A stretch of DNA of 64,000 nt from Chloroflexota bacterium (lineage in GTDB: Bacteria > Chloroflexota > Limnocylindria > Limnocylindrales > CSP1-4), in assembly GCA_017881905.1 (NCBI GenBank), contig JADGQI010000172.1, forward strand, positions 6,841 to 70,840, given 5' to 3'. Below the pieces are notes generated by a model. It saw only the letters and a list, made by a program, of their open reading frames with translations. It was not told where the DNA came from and did no database searches. The position numbers and the translations under genes were made by a program. This document shows positions 29,471 through 39,246 of the stretch, piece by piece. How positions within the stretch are numbered: the stretch's first letter is position 1; the number at the start of each line of letters is the position of its first letter.

Positions 29471-30342
29471 GCGGACGGCGGACGAGCCGCCCGGCCACCC
29501 GACGGTCGAGCCGGCGCGGTCCGGACATCCGACGCGCCTCGGCGGGGATGAACCGGACCCGATCGCTCGCTCTGCTCGTGCTCATCGGCTCGGGCCTGGC
29601 CATCTACGGCGTCAGCGCGAGCCCGGCGTTCGGCTATCGAACGCTGGACATCGTCGGCGCCGACCGCACCGACGAGGCGATCGTCCGGTCCGAGCTCTCG
29701 GTCGAGGACGGCAGCAATCTCTTCCGGCTGTCGACCGACGGGATGAGCGAGCGGCTTCGGGCGCTACCGACCGTCGCGGGCGCGTCGATCGAGATCGCCC
29801 TGCCCGACACGCTCCGGGTCCACCTGACCGAGCGGCAGGCCGTCGTCGTCTGGCAGGTCGGCAACGAGCGCTTCCTGGTCGATGCCGACGGGCTGGTCTT
29901 CGCCGACGCCACCACCACCCCGGGCCTGCCGGTCATCGACGACCGCCGGAGCCCGGCGACCAGATCGAGCGACGGACACGGCGGCCAGGACGGCCCGAAC
30001 GTCGCCCCGGACGTCGTCGGCATGCAGATCGGCGACACGGTCGACCCGGTCGACTTCGACGCCGCGACCCGGCTCGGGTCGCTCCTCCCGGTCGACGTCG
30101 GCAGCGGCGCGGCCGGGCTGCACGTCCGGATCGACGACGCGACCGGGTTCAGCGTCGATACCGGCAAGGACGGCTGGTCGGCGGTCTTCGGGTACTACAC
30201 GCCGACCATCCGGAAGACGGACCTCATCCCGGGCCAGGTCCGGCTGCTCAAGAGCCTGCTCGCCGGCCGGGAGGAGACCGTCGCCACGGTCGTCCTGGCC
30301 GACGACCGCGCGGGGACGTATACGGCCAAGGTCGCGCCGTGA
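29467..30342 (+). CDS. ftsQ: FtsQ/DivIB-like protein (POTRA domain)
   Basis: TM helix then G.NLF.L, LP.V, LPDTLRVHLTER and VDADG motifs; positioned between ddl and ftsA. Confidence 0.85.
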   Translation: MSGRRTSRPATRRSSRRGPDIRRASAGMNRTRSLALLVLIGSGLAIYGVSASPAFGYRTLDIVGADRTDEAIVRSELSVEDGSNLFRLSTDGMSERLRALPTVAGASIEIALPDTLRVHLTERQAVVVWQVGNERFLVDADGLVFADATTTPGLPVIDDRRSPATRSSDGHGGQDGPNVAPDVVGMQIGDTVDPVDFDAATRLGSLLPVDVGSGAAGLHVRIDDATGFSVDTGKDGWSAVFGYYTPTIRKTDLIPGQVRLLKSLLAGREETVATVVLADDRAGTYTAKVAP

Positions 30343-30439
30343 CCGCCGTTCCGGGCTGCGCCGGAGGAGGCGCAGGTTGCCCGCGATCCGTCGCGTCGAG
30401 TAGCCTTGCCGAAACGATCCGACGGGAGGGCGACGCCGC

Positions 30440-30763
30440 GTGCTGCTTCCCCTGGCAGGCCTCGTTCTGGGCGTCCTGCTCGGGCTCCTCCTCCAGGTCG
30501 ATGTCAGTTTCGAGTTCGCTCGCTATTCGGCCGTCGCGATCGTCGCGGCGCTCGACTCGGTCCTCGGCGCGGTGCGCGCCGAACTCGACGGGGTCTATGA
30601 CAATCGGATCTTCATCAGCGGCTTCGTCACCAACGCGACGGTGGCCGTCCTGCTCACCTTCATCGGCGATCGACTCGGCCTGGACCTGTACCTGGTCGCG
30701 CTGATCACCTTCGGGCCACGGATCTTCAACAACGTGGCACTCATCCGCCGCCACTTCCTGTAG
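30440..30763 (+). CDS. sbp: Small basic family membrane protein (DUF1290/Sbp)
   Basis: YSAVAIVAALDSVLGAVRA, FISGF..NA and FG.RIFNN.A.IRR motifs; usual position before ftsA. Confidence 0.88.
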   Translation: MLLPLAGLVLGVLLGLLLQVDVSFEFARYSAVAIVAALDSVLGAVRAELDGVYDNRIFISGFVTNATVAVLLTFIGDRLGLDLYLVALITFGPRIFNNVALIRRHFL

Positions 30764-30779
30764 AGGGGCAACGACGACT

Positions 30780-32012
30780 GTGGAACGAGAAGCGGTCCTG
30801 GTCGGGATCGACGTCGGGACGACGAAGGTCACCGCGCTCATCGGCGAGGTCGGCCGGGACGGCGGGCTGACGATCATCGGCAAGGGGACGGTCGCCACGA
30901 CCGGCCTCAAGAAGGGCGTGGTCGTCAACATCGAGCAGACGGTCCAGTCGATCGCCGGGGCGGTCGAGCAGGCCGAGCGTCTGTCCGGCTGGAAGATCGA
31001 CCGGGCGTTCGTGGGCGTCGGCGGCCAGCACGTCGAGAGCCAGAACTCGCGCGGCGCGGTGTCGGTCAGCGGCCACGCCAAGGAAGTGTCCCGCGAGGAC
31101 ATCAACCGCGCCACCGAGGTCGCTCGCGCGGTCAGGATCCCCTCGGATCGAGACGTGCTGCACGTCCTGCCGCGCCAGTTCATCGTCGACGGCCAGGAGG
31201 GGGTCAAGGATCCGCTCGAGATGAGCGCCGTCCGGCTCGAGGTGGAGACCCATATCGTCACGGGCTCGGCGACCGCGGTCCAGAACCTGACCAAGTGCGT
31301 CGTCGCCGGAGGGGTGAAGATCGATGAGCTCGTCGCCGACTCGCTGGCCTCCGCCGAAGCGGTCCTGAGCGAGACGGAGAAGGAGCTCGGGGTCGCCGTC
31401 GCCGATATCGGCGCCGGCACGATCGACCTCGCCCTGTTCGCCGACGGATCGCCGTTCTACACCAGCGTCCTGCCGGTCGGCGGCAACAACGTGACGATGG
31501 ACATCGCGGCGGTGATGAAGACGACCCTCCAGGTGGCCGAGGAGCTCAAGATCCACAACGGGACGTGCGACCTGCGGGCCGTCGACGCGGACGAGATGAT
31601 CAACGTCGCGATGCTCGGCGAGGAGGCCGGCCGCACGGTCAGCCGGCTCGAGCTGTGCCAGGTCATCGAAGCCCGGATGCGCGAGACGTTCGAGCTCCTC
31701 GCCAACGAGATGAAGGGGACCGGGCACGGGATGCTCCCCGCCGGGATCGTCCTGACGGGCGGCGGCGCCGAGCTGGCGGGCGCCGCCGAGCTGGGTCGCG
31801 AAGTCCTCCAGATGCCGGTCCGGATCGCCGGCCCGTCGGGCGTCGGGGGCCTGGTCGATAACCTGCTGACGCCGGCCAACAGCACGGCCATCGGCCTGCT
31901 CCGGTGGGGCGCCGTCGTCCTCGCCCAGGGTGAGCCGGGTCGCTACGAGTCGGCCCCGGCGATGGGCGGCCTCGGCCGCCTTCGCGACGCGCTCCGCAGC
32001 ATCTTCCCCTGA
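30780..32012 (+). CDS. ftsA: Cell division protein FtsA
   Basis: IDVGTTKV, GLKKGVVVNI, DIGAGT, AEELK and VLTGGGA motifs. Confidence 0.97.
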   Translation: MEREAVLVGIDVGTTKVTALIGEVGRDGGLTIIGKGTVATTGLKKGVVVNIEQTVQSIAGAVEQAERLSGWKIDRAFVGVGGQHVESQNSRGAVSVSGHAKEVSREDINRATEVARAVRIPSDRDVLHVLPRQFIVDGQEGVKDPLEMSAVRLEVETHIVTGSATAVQNLTKCVVAGGVKIDELVADSLASAEAVLSETEKELGVAVADIGAGTIDLALFADGSPFYTSVLPVGGNNVTMDIAAVMKTTLQVAEELKIHNGTCDLRAVDADEMINVAMLGEEAGRTVSRLELCQVIEARMRETFELLANEMKGTGHGMLPAGIVLTGGGAELAGAAELGREVLQMPVRIAGPSGVGGLVDNLLTPANSTAIGLLRWGAVVLAQGEPGRYESAPAMGGLGRLRDALRSIFP

Positions 32013-32106
32013 TCCTCCGGTCGACCTGGCGGGCCACCTCGCCCGCGACCGGTGCGCGCTCACACCTCGACGAGGGTCGATCTGCCCCGACGTCTTGACC
32101 CGGCGC

Positions 32107-32112
32107 TATACT
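32107..32112 (+). promoter_or_regulatory. Candidate internal ftsZ promoter -10 box
   Basis: TATACT in the 177-nt ftsA-ftsZ spacer; no clear -35. Confidence 0.5.
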
Positions 32113-32189
32113 CCGTCGACATCTCCAGAGCGCGCACCCCCTGACCAACCACCACGAACGACCCGGCACGTACCACCGGAGGAGAGGCG

Positions 32190-33398
32190 ATGTCGCTGCG
32201 ATCCGATTCCGAGAACTTCGCCCTGATCCGCGTGGTGGGTGTCGGTGGTGGCGGGAGCAATGCCGTCAACCGGATGATCCGGGCCGAGATGATGGGTGTC
32301 GAGTTCATCGCCTGCAACACCGATGCCCAGGCGCTCCTCCAGTCGGACGCGCCGCACAAGATCCGGGTCGGCGACAAGATCACCCGCGGCCTCGGCGCCG
32401 GCGGGGATGCGTCGATCGGCCAGCGGGCAGCGGAGGAGGACTCGGAGCGGGTCGCCGACGCACTGCGCGATTCGGACATGGTCTTCATCACGGCCGGGAT
32501 GGGCGGCGGGACGGGCTCCGGCGCCGCCCCGGTCATCGCCCAGATCGCCAAGGAGATGGGCGCCCTCACGATCGGCATCGTGACCAAGCCGTTCTCGTTC
32601 GAGGGCAACCGACGCAAGCTCGTCGCCGAGAAGGCGACCGAGGAGCTCAAGGCGAACGTCGACACCCTCATCACGATCCCCAACGACCGACTCAAGGACG
32701 TCGTCCAGAAGAACACCTCGATCGTCGACGCCTTCCGGGTCGTCGACGACGTGCTCCGCCAGGGCGTCCAGGGGATCAGCGACATCATCACCGTCCCGGG
32801 CCTGATCAACCTCGACTTCGCGGACGTCCGGACGATCATGAAGGACGCAGGATCGGCGCTCATGGGCATCGGCCGGGCGTCGGGTGAGAACCGCGCGGTG
32901 GAGGCCGCCCAGCAGGCGATCGCGAGCCCGCTCCTCGAGGTCAGCATCGCCGGGGCCCAGGGGATCCTGTTCAACATCACCGGCTCGTCGAACCTGAGCC
33001 TGTACGAGGTCACCGAGGCGGCCGAGGCCATCAAGGAAGCCGCCGACCCGGAGGCCAACATCATCTTCGGGACGAGCTTCAACGAGCGGCTCGGGGACGA
33101 AGTCCAGATCACGGTGATCGCCACCGGCTTCGACGCCGGTCGCAAGCGTGACGCCGCCCGCCAGGCGGCTTCCGGGTCCGCATGGGAGGTCCAGGGAACC
33201 GCGCGGCCGACCTCCCGCGACTTCCTCGAGGAGCTCGATCGTCAGCGCGCGGCCAACGCCGGCGACCTCGACGGCGGAGCCGCCGCCGCGGCGGTCCGGG
33301 TCGAGCGGACCGTGGCCGTCTCTCCGGCGCCCGTGCAGCGCGCCCAGATCGATCCGGACGACCTCGAGATCCCGAGCTTCCTCCGCCGCGGCAAGTAG
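32190..33398 (+). CDS. ftsZ: Cell division protein FtsZ
   Basis: [29 protein letters not shown] and C-terminal LEIPSFLRR motifs. Confidence 0.99.
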   Translation: MSLRSDSENFALIRVVGVGGGGSNAVNRMIRAEMMGVEFIACNTDAQALLQSDAPHKIRVGDKITRGLGAGGDASIGQRAAEEDSERVADALRDSDMVFITAGMGGGTGSGAAPVIAQIAKEMGALTIGIVTKPFSFEGNRRKLVAEKATEELKANVDTLITIPNDRLKDVVQKNTSIVDAFRVVDDVLRQGVQGISDIITVPGLINLDFADVRTIMKDAGSALMGIGRASGENRAVEAAQQAIASPLLEVSIAGAQGILFNITGSSNLSLYEVTEAAEAIKEAADPEANIIFGTSFNERLGDEVQITVIATGFDAGRKRDAARQAASGSAWEVQGTARPTSRDFLEELDRQRAANAGDLDGGAAAAAVRVERTVAVSPAPVQRAQIDPDDLEIPSFLRRGK

Positions 33399-33408
33399 CC
33401 CGCCGCCG

Positions 33409-34188
33409 GTGACCGCCGGCAGTCCTCCGACGGAGCTCGACCCGACCGCCGTCGTCGGCCTCGCGGCCGCACGTCGACAGGTCCTCGACCGCATCGCTGA
33501 AGCCTGTGCCGGCGTCGGCCGCGATCCTGCGGACGTCGCGCTGGTCGCCGTCTCGAAGACGGTGTCGGTGGACCGCGTCCGCGTCGCTGTGGCCGCGGGC
33601 CTGACCGTCCTGGGCGAGAACCGCGTCCAGGACGGCGCGGCGAAGGCCGACGCCCTGCCCGACGCGACGTGGCATCTCATCGGCCCGCTCCAGTCGAACA
33701 AGGCCCGGCGCGCGATCGAGGCCTTCGACGTCATCGAGTCGATCGATTCGCTCGATCTCGCCCGTCGCCTCGATCGGCTGACCCGGGAGGTCCGCGGACT
33801 GCCGGCGACCGGGGCGGTCCCCGACGACAAGCGGCTGCCGGTCCTGTTCCAGGTGAACGTCGACGTCGATCCGGCCAAGGCCGGCTTCCAGCCGACCGAC
33901 CTCGCCGCCGCCCTGCCCGCCCTCCTCGAGTTGGGAGCGCTCCGACCCGACGGCCTGATGACGATCGGCCGGCTGGTCGACGAGCCGGAGGCGGCCCGAC
34001 CGACCTTCCGAGCGCTGGGCCGTCTCGCCTCCGAGCTGCGCGAGGCGCATCCGCGGCTCGGCCCCGAGATGTCGATGGGCATGAGTGACGACTACCCGGT
34101 GGCGGTCCAGGAAGGCGCGACGATCGTCCGGGTCGGGCGCGCGTTGTTCGGCGATCGACCCTCGCCGGGGACGCCGGGTGCCGGCTGA
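33409..34188 (+). CDS. yggS: PLP homeostasis protein
   Basis: VAVSKT, GENRVQ, WHLIGPLQSNKA, GLMTIG, SMGMSDDY and VRVGRALFG motifs. Confidence 0.95.
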   Translation: MTAGSPPTELDPTAVVGLAAARRQVLDRIAEACAGVGRDPADVALVAVSKTVSVDRVRVAVAAGLTVLGENRVQDGAAKADALPDATWHLIGPLQSNKARRAIEAFDVIESIDSLDLARRLDRLTREVRGLPATGAVPDDKRLPVLFQVNVDVDPAKAGFQPTDLAAALPALLELGALRPDGLMTIGRLVDEPEAARPTFRALGRLASELREAHPRLGPEMSMGMSDDYPVAVQEGATIVRVGRALFGDRPSPGTPGAG

Positions 34189-34459
34189 CGCCCGGTTCAT
34201 CGTGCGGCTGACGCCGCGTGGGGGAGCGGACCGAGTCGACGGTGTCGGGACGGACGGCGTGCTCCGGGCGCGGGTCACCGCGCCGCCGGTGGACGAGGCG
34301 GCCAACCGTGCGCTCATCCGCCTGCTCGCGGATGAGCTCGACGTCGCGGCGGGCCGGGTGTCGATCGTGTCCGGGGCCGGCGCCCGGAGCAAGACCGTCG
34401 TCATCGAGTCGCTCGGGCCGGAGGCGATCCTTGCCCGCTGGCCGGGCCTCCGGCTATGA
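34178..34459 (+). CDS. DUF167 (YggU-like) protein
   Basis: VRLTPR, RVTAPPVDEAAN..LIRLLA and G..ARSK motifs. Confidence 0.88.
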   Translation: MPADARFIVRLTPRGGADRVDGVGTDGVLRARVTAPPVDEAANRALIRLLADELDVAAGRVSIVSGAGARSKTVVIESLGPEAILARWPGLRL

Positions 34460-34495
34460 TCGACCGGCTCGGGCACGGCGCCCGGGAGCATCCGG

Positions 34496-34572
34496 GGGCG
34501 ATTGGCTCAGTCGGTTAGAGCGCGCGGTTCACATCCGCGAGGTCACTGGTTCGAATCCAGTATCGCCCACCA
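34496..34572 (+). tRNA. tRNA-Val (anticodon CAC)
   Basis: Acceptor stem GGGCGAT/ATCGCCC, anticodon arm CGCGG-TTCACAT-CCGCG, GGTTCGAATCC T arm, encoded CCA. TATGAT at 34455-34460. Confidence 0.97.
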
Positions 34573-34590
34573 TCACCCCGAATGGCCTCG

Positions 34591-37338
34591 CTAGGTCGTG
34601 GCGACCCCCGCGAGGCGGCGGAGGACGGCCGGCAGGATGCCGCCCTGGCGGAAGTAGTCGACCTCGATCGGGCCGTCGAGCCGGGCGATGACCTCGAACC
34701 GGCGCGCGACCCCGCCGTCCGGGGTCGCGACCACAGCCAGCCTCGCGCGGGGTGCCGGCCCGCCCGCCAGCCCTTCGATCGTGTAGCGCTCGCGACCGGT
34801 CAGCCCGAGCGAGGCCGCGCTCTGGTCGGGCAGGAACTGGAGCGGCAGGACGCCCATCCCCACGAGGTTCGATCGGTGGATCCGCTCATAGCTCTCGGCC
34901 AGGACGGCGCGGACGCCGAGGAGCCGGGTGCCCTTCGCCGCCCAGTCGCGCGATGACCCCGAGCCGTATTCGCGTCCTGCGATGACGAGGAGCGGGACGC
35001 CCTCGGTCGCATAGCGCTCGGCGGCGTCGTAGATGAACGTCTCCGCGCCGTCGGGCAGGTGGACCGTGAACGGACCCTCGCGGCCGTCGGCCAGGCGGTT
35101 GCGCAGGCGGATGTTGGCGAACGTGCCCCGGATCATGACCTCGTGCTGACCGCGCCGGGCGCCATAGGAGTTGAACTCGAGCGGGCCCACCCCGTGTGCC
35201 TGGAGCCACTGACCGGCCGGTGAGGACGGGGCGATCGATCCGGCCGGCGAGATGTGGTCGGTCGTGACCGAGTCGCCGAGGACCGCCAGCACGCGGGCGC
35301 CGACGATGTCCGCGACCGGATCGGGTTCGGCGCGGAGCCCGTCGAAGAACGGCGGCCGCGCGATGTAGGTCGAGCCGGGATCCCAGGCGAACCGGTCGCC
35401 CGCGGGCACCGGCAGGGCGCGCCAGCGGTCGTCGCCCTCGAAGACGGTAGCGTAGGTCGCGCGGAACAGCTCGGGCGAGATCGCCGAGCCGATGACCGAC
35501 CGGATCTCCTCGGGGCTCGGCCAGACATCGTCGAGGAAGACGGGCCGGCCGTCGTCACCGATCCCCAGCGGCTCCTTGGTCAGGTCGATGTCGACCCGCC
35601 CGGCGAGGGCGAAGGCGACGACCAGCGGCGGCGAGGCGAGATAGCTCGCCCGTGCGAGCGGGTGGATCCGACCCTCGAAGTTCCGATTGCCCGACAGGAC
35701 GGCGGCGACGACCAGGTCGTGGTCCTCGACGGCCGCCGCGACCGGGGCGTCGAGCGGCCCAGAGTTCCCGATGCAGGTCGTGCAGCCGTAGCCGGCCAGG
35801 GCGAACCCGAGCCGGCCGAGCGGGTCCATCAGGCCCGCGGCCTCGAGGTAGCCGGTGACCGCCTTCGAGCCCGGGGCCAGCGACGTCTTGACCGTCGGTC
35901 CGACGGTCAGACCGCGGGCGACGGCATTGCGGGCGAGCAGGCCCGCCCCGACCATGACCGTCGGGTTCGACGTGTTCGTGCATGAGGTGATCGCGGCGAT
36001 GGCCACCGATCCCGAACGGACGGTGGCCGAGCGGCCGTCGACCTCGATCGCGATGGCGCCGTCGGGTCCGTCGACCGGTCCGCCTTCGTCGTCCATCCGG
36101 GCGGCCTCGGACGCGGCGCTCGATCCGGCGGCCGACACGGTCTGCGGGAACGACGTCCGGAAGGAATCGCGCAGGTCCGACAGCAGGACGCGGTCCTGCG
36201 GGCGCCGCGGTCCGGCGACCGACGGCTCGACGCCGGCCAGGTCGAGCTCGAGATCCGCGTCGAAGTCGGGACCGCGGCCTGGCTCGCGCCATAGGCCTTG
36301 CGCCCGCGCGTAGCGCTCGACCAGCTCGATCCGGTCGGCCGACCGACCGGTCAGACGGAGGTAGGCCAGCGTCTCGTCGTCGATCGGGAAGAGCGTCGAG
36401 GTCGCCCCGAACTCGGGGCTCATGTTGGCGATCGTGGCCCGGTCCGCCAGGGCCAGCGAGGCGAGCCCGTCGCCGGCGAACTCGACGAAGGCACCGACCA
36501 CCCCGAACCCGCGGAGCAGCTCGGTGACGACCAGGACGAGGTCGGTCGCGGTCGAGCCGCGCGGCAACTCCCCGTGGAGGCGGACGCCGACCACCCGCGG
36601 CATCGGCTGGTAGAGCGGCTGGCCGAGCAGCACGGCCTCGGCCTCGATCCCTCCGACGCCGTAGCCGAGGACGCCGAGCCCGTTGATCATCGTGGTGTGT
36701 GAATCGGTCCCGACGAGCGTGTCCGGGAAGGCGACCCGCCCGTCGGCGTCGGCGCGGTCGGCGACGACCGTCGCCAGGAACTCGAGGTTCACCTGGTGGA
36801 CGATGCCTGTCCCCGGCGGGACGACCCGCAGGTCGCGGAACGCCGACTGCGCCCAGCGGAGCAGGGCATAGCGCTCGCCGTTGCGCTCGTACTCGCGCTC
36901 GACGTTGAAAGCGAAGGCGCCGGGCGTGCCGAACCGGTCGACCTGGACCGAGTGATCGATGACGAGGTCGGCCGGGACGAGTGGATTGACCTTGCCGGGA
37001 TCCCCGCCGAGGTCGGCCATCGCGTCGCGCATGACCGCCAGGTCGACGACCGCCGGGACGCCGGTGAAGTCCTGGAGGATGACCCGTGACGGCATGAACG
37101 GGATCTCGACCTCGGAGGTCCCGCCGGCTCCGGGGCGCCACGCCGCGAGCGTCTCGACATCGGAGCTCGTGACGATCCCGCGACCGGCGTGCCGGAGCGC
37201 GTTCTCGAGCAGGATCTTGACCGTCAGCGGGGTCCGTTCGAGGTCCAGCCCGAGCGACGCGAGGGCGCCCAGCCGGTACATGTCGGGCAGCCCCGGACCG
37301 AGGCTCGTCCGGGCGTCGAAGGGGTCGCGGACCGACAC
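34591..37338 (-). CDS. acnA: Aconitate hydratase A
   Basis: QDFTGVP, DHSVQVD, GTDSHT, AITSCTNTSNP, GCTTCIGNSG, SGNRNFEGR and GSSRDWAAKG motifs. Confidence 0.98.
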   Translation of the reverse strand: MSVRDPFDARTSLGPGLPDMYRLGALASLGLDLERTPLTVKILLENALRHAGRGIVTSSDVETLAAWRPGAGGTSEVEIPFMPSRVILQDFTGVPAVVDLAVMRDAMADLGGDPGKVNPLVPADLVIDHSVQVDRFGTPGAFAFNVEREYERNGERYALLRWAQSAFRDLRVVPPGTGIVHQVNLEFLATVVADRADADGRVAFPDTLVGTDSHTTMINGLGVLGYGVGGIEAEAVLLGQPLYQPMPRVVGVRLHGELPRGSTATDLVLVVTELLRGFGVVGAFVEFAGDGLASLALADRATIANMSPEFGATSTLFPIDDETLAYLRLTGRSADRIELVERYARAQGLWREPGRGPDFDADLELDLAGVEPSVAGPRRPQDRVLLSDLRDSFRTSFPQTVSAAGSSAASEAARMDDEGGPVDGPDGAIAIEVDGRSATVRSGSVAIAAITSCTNTSNPTVMVGAGLLARNAVARGLTVGPTVKTSLAPGSKAVTGYLEAAGLMDPLGRLGFALAGYGCTTCIGNSGPLDAPVAAAVEDHDLVVAAVLSGNRNFEGRIHPLARASYLASPPLVVAFALAGRVDIDLTKEPLGIGDDGRPVFLDDVWPSPEEIRSVIGSAISPELFRATYATVFEGDDRWRALPVPAGDRFAWDPGSTYIARPPFFDGLRAEPDPVADIVGARVLAVLGDSVTTDHISPAGSIAPSSPAGQWLQAHGVGPLEFNSYGARRGQHEVMIRGTFANIRLRNRLADGREGPFTVHLPDGAETFIYDAAERYATEGVPLLVIAGREYGSGSSRDWAAKGTRLLGVRAVLAESYERIHRSNLVGMGVLPLQFLPDQSAASLGLTGRERYTIEGLAGGPAPRARLAVVATPDGGVARRFEVIARLDGPIEVDYFRQGGILPAVLRRLAGVATT

Positions 37339-37373
37339 GGATCATCCTTCGCTGGGGTGGCTAGAATCGTCGG

Positions 37374-37397
37374 ATGGAAGCGTACCCCGAACGATGA
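37374..37397 (+). other. Candidate leaderless upstream micro-ORF (MEAYPER)
   Basis: TAGAAT at 37362-37367, ATG at 37374, and its TGA overlaps the downstream ATG (ATGA). Confidence 0.4.
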
Positions 37398-38419
37398 AGG
37401 CCTGGCGCGACCGGGGACGTGAGGACGACGACGAGAAGCTGGCGGCGCTCGAGGCCGCCGGGATCGAGCTGGACCCGCCGCCGCGCGGCCACGATCACGC
37501 CGACGGCCTGCCGCACGACCACCCCCACCCCCACCAGCATTCGTCGGCCGGCGAGCCGCCGCTGATCGGGATCGTCGGGGCCGGCTCCGTTGGCTCTGCG
37601 CTGGGTGTCGCGCTGACCCGGGCCGGCTGGCCGATCGCCGCGGTCGCGAGTCGCGATGCGGTCCGGCGCGAGCGGTTCCGCGAGCTGGTGGGCGGGACGC
37701 GGGCGTTCGTCGAGGTCACGCCGCTGCTCGACGAGGTCGAGCTCATCATCCTCGCCGTTCCCGACGACGCCGTCCCGACGGTCGCCGAAGGGATCCGGTT
37801 GTACAGCGGCCAGGCGCTCATCCATACCAGCGGGGCGCTCGGGGTGGAGGTCCTCGAGCCGGCGATGGCCGCTGGGACGCAGATCGGCAGCTTCCACCCG
37901 CTGGTCGCCTTCGCCGACCTCGAGCGGGCGGTCGCCGCCCTCCACGGTGCGACCGTGGCGGTCGAAGGGGACGATCAGCTCGTGGCGATGCTGGCCGACA
38001 TGGCCCGGGCCATCGGCGCCGACCCGGTCCGCCTCGCGCCGGGCACGAAAGCCGCGTATCACGCCGCCGCGGTGCTCGCCGCGGGCGGGTTCGTGGCCCT
38101 GCTCGACGCGATCGCCGAGCTCGGGCGGGTGGCCGGTCTCGACGAGGCCGGCAGCCTGGCCATCTACGGACCGCTGATCGAGCAGACCCTCGGCAATGCC
38201 CGGGCACTCGGCATCCGCGCCGCGCTCACCGGACCCATGACGCGGGGCGACATCGGGACGCTCGAGCGTCATCTGGCGACCCTGGCGACGGACGCACCCG
38301 ACGTGCTGCCCCTGTATCGCGCTGCCGCCGAGCGGGAGATCGCCCTGGCCGAGGCCCGTGGCGCGCTGACACCGGACGTTTCCGGACGGCTCCGGACCGC
38401 CCTTGCAAACACTCCCTGA
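37394..38419 (+). CDS. Rossmann-like/DUF2520 oxidoreductase (PanG-like) with His-rich N-terminus
   Basis: GIVGAGSVG, LAVPDD, HTSGA, FHPL, YHAAA, LTGPMTRGD and ..HL motifs. Confidence 0.9.
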   Translation: MKAWRDRGREDDDEKLAALEAAGIELDPPPRGHDHADGLPHDHPHPHQHSSAGEPPLIGIVGAGSVGSALGVALTRAGWPIAAVASRDAVRRERFRELVGGTRAFVEVTPLLDEVELIILAVPDDAVPTVAEGIRLYSGQALIHTSGALGVEVLEPAMAAGTQIGSFHPLVAFADLERAVAALHGATVAVEGDDQLVAMLADMARAIGADPVRLAPGTKAAYHAAAVLAAGGFVALLDAIAELGRVAGLDEAGSLAIYGPLIEQTLGNARALGIRAALTGPMTRGDIGTLERHLATLATDAPDVLPLYRAAAEREIALAEARGALTPDVSGRLRTALANTP

Positions 38420-38430
38420 AACGGTAGGAT
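38403..38430 (+). promoter_or_regulatory. Sigma70-type promoter for the ORF-NUDIX-gcv operon
   Basis: TTGCAA-N16-TAGGAT with ATG 7 nt downstream. Confidence 0.6.
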
Positions 38431-38437
38431 TGGGGAC

Positions 38438-38761
38438 ATGCAGCATTCCATCGCCGCCCGCTACGCGGCTCGCCCGGCGGCGCGTTTCGTGGGTGCCCCG
38501 TCCCGGGCACGCGAACGCCGACTGGGGCTCCGCGCGACGGTGACGTTCCGGGCCACGCAGGCCCGGCCGACGGTGCTGCGCCATCCGGACCCCCCGCTTC
38601 TCCAGCGGGTGCGAGCTCGCTGGCGGTCGATGACCGTGGCCCAGCCACGGCCCGTCACCAGCGGCCGGATCCGCCCGGTCGTGTCGATGCGCTGGTCGCG
38701 CCCCAGCGGTCCCGTTCGCGAAGGCCGCTCGAGCGCCGCATCGGCGCCGTGGCTGGCCTGA
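38438..38761 (+). CDS. Arg-rich hypothetical protein, probably leaderless
   Basis: Fills the gap between the promoter and the NUDIX gene, which it overlaps; no recognisable domain. Confidence 0.5.
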   Translation: MQHSIAARYAARPAARFVGAPSRARERRLGLRATVTFRATQARPTVLRHPDPPLLQRVRARWRSMTVAQPRPVTSGRIRPVVSMRWSRPSGPVREGRSSAASAPWLA

Positions 38762-39246
38762 AGCAGGCTACCGCCACCTCCGCCGGTGGCGTTGTCGTCC
38801 GGTCCGAGGCCGGCATCCCGAGGTTCGTCGCCGGTCGGCGCAACGATGTCCGGACCTGGACCCTCCCCAAGGGCACGCCGATCGCCGGGGAGTCGACCGA
38901 GGAGACGGCCGTTCGCGAGGTGACCGAGGAGACCGGGCTGCAGGTCCGCGTCCTCGAGTCGCTCGATCTCATCAGCTACACGTTCACGCAGCGCGGGACC
39001 CGGATCCACAAGACCGTCTTCTACTTCCTGATGGAGCCGACCGGCGGGGATCTCAGCCAGCACGATCACGAATTCGACGAGGTCCGCTGGTTCGAGATGG
39101 CGGAGGCGGGTGCCGTGCTGACGTTCGAGTCCGAGCGGGGCCTGGTCGAGCGCGCCGCCGAGCGACTCGCCCAGCGGCGTGCCGGAGCGGCGGACGCGGC
39201 GGGGTCGCCGGCCGCCGGACCCGATCCGGCCGGTCCGGGTGCCTGA
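38749..39246 (+). CDS. NUDIX hydrolase
   Basis: SAGGVV, WTLPKG and Nudix box GESTEETAVREVTEETG. Confidence 0.92.
   Translation: MAGLKQATATSAGGVVVRSEAGIPRFVAGRRNDVRTWTLPKGTPIAGESTEETAVREVTEETGLQVRVLESLDLISYTFTQRGTRIHKTVFYFLMEPTGGDLSQHDHEFDEVRWFEMAEAGAVLTFESERGLVERAAERLAQRRAGAADAAGSPAAGPDPAGPGA

Noticed and set aside
34496..34600. tRNA-Val as an integration site
   Set aside because: No integrase and no duplicated tRNA 3' end seen; acnA ends 18 nt downstream.
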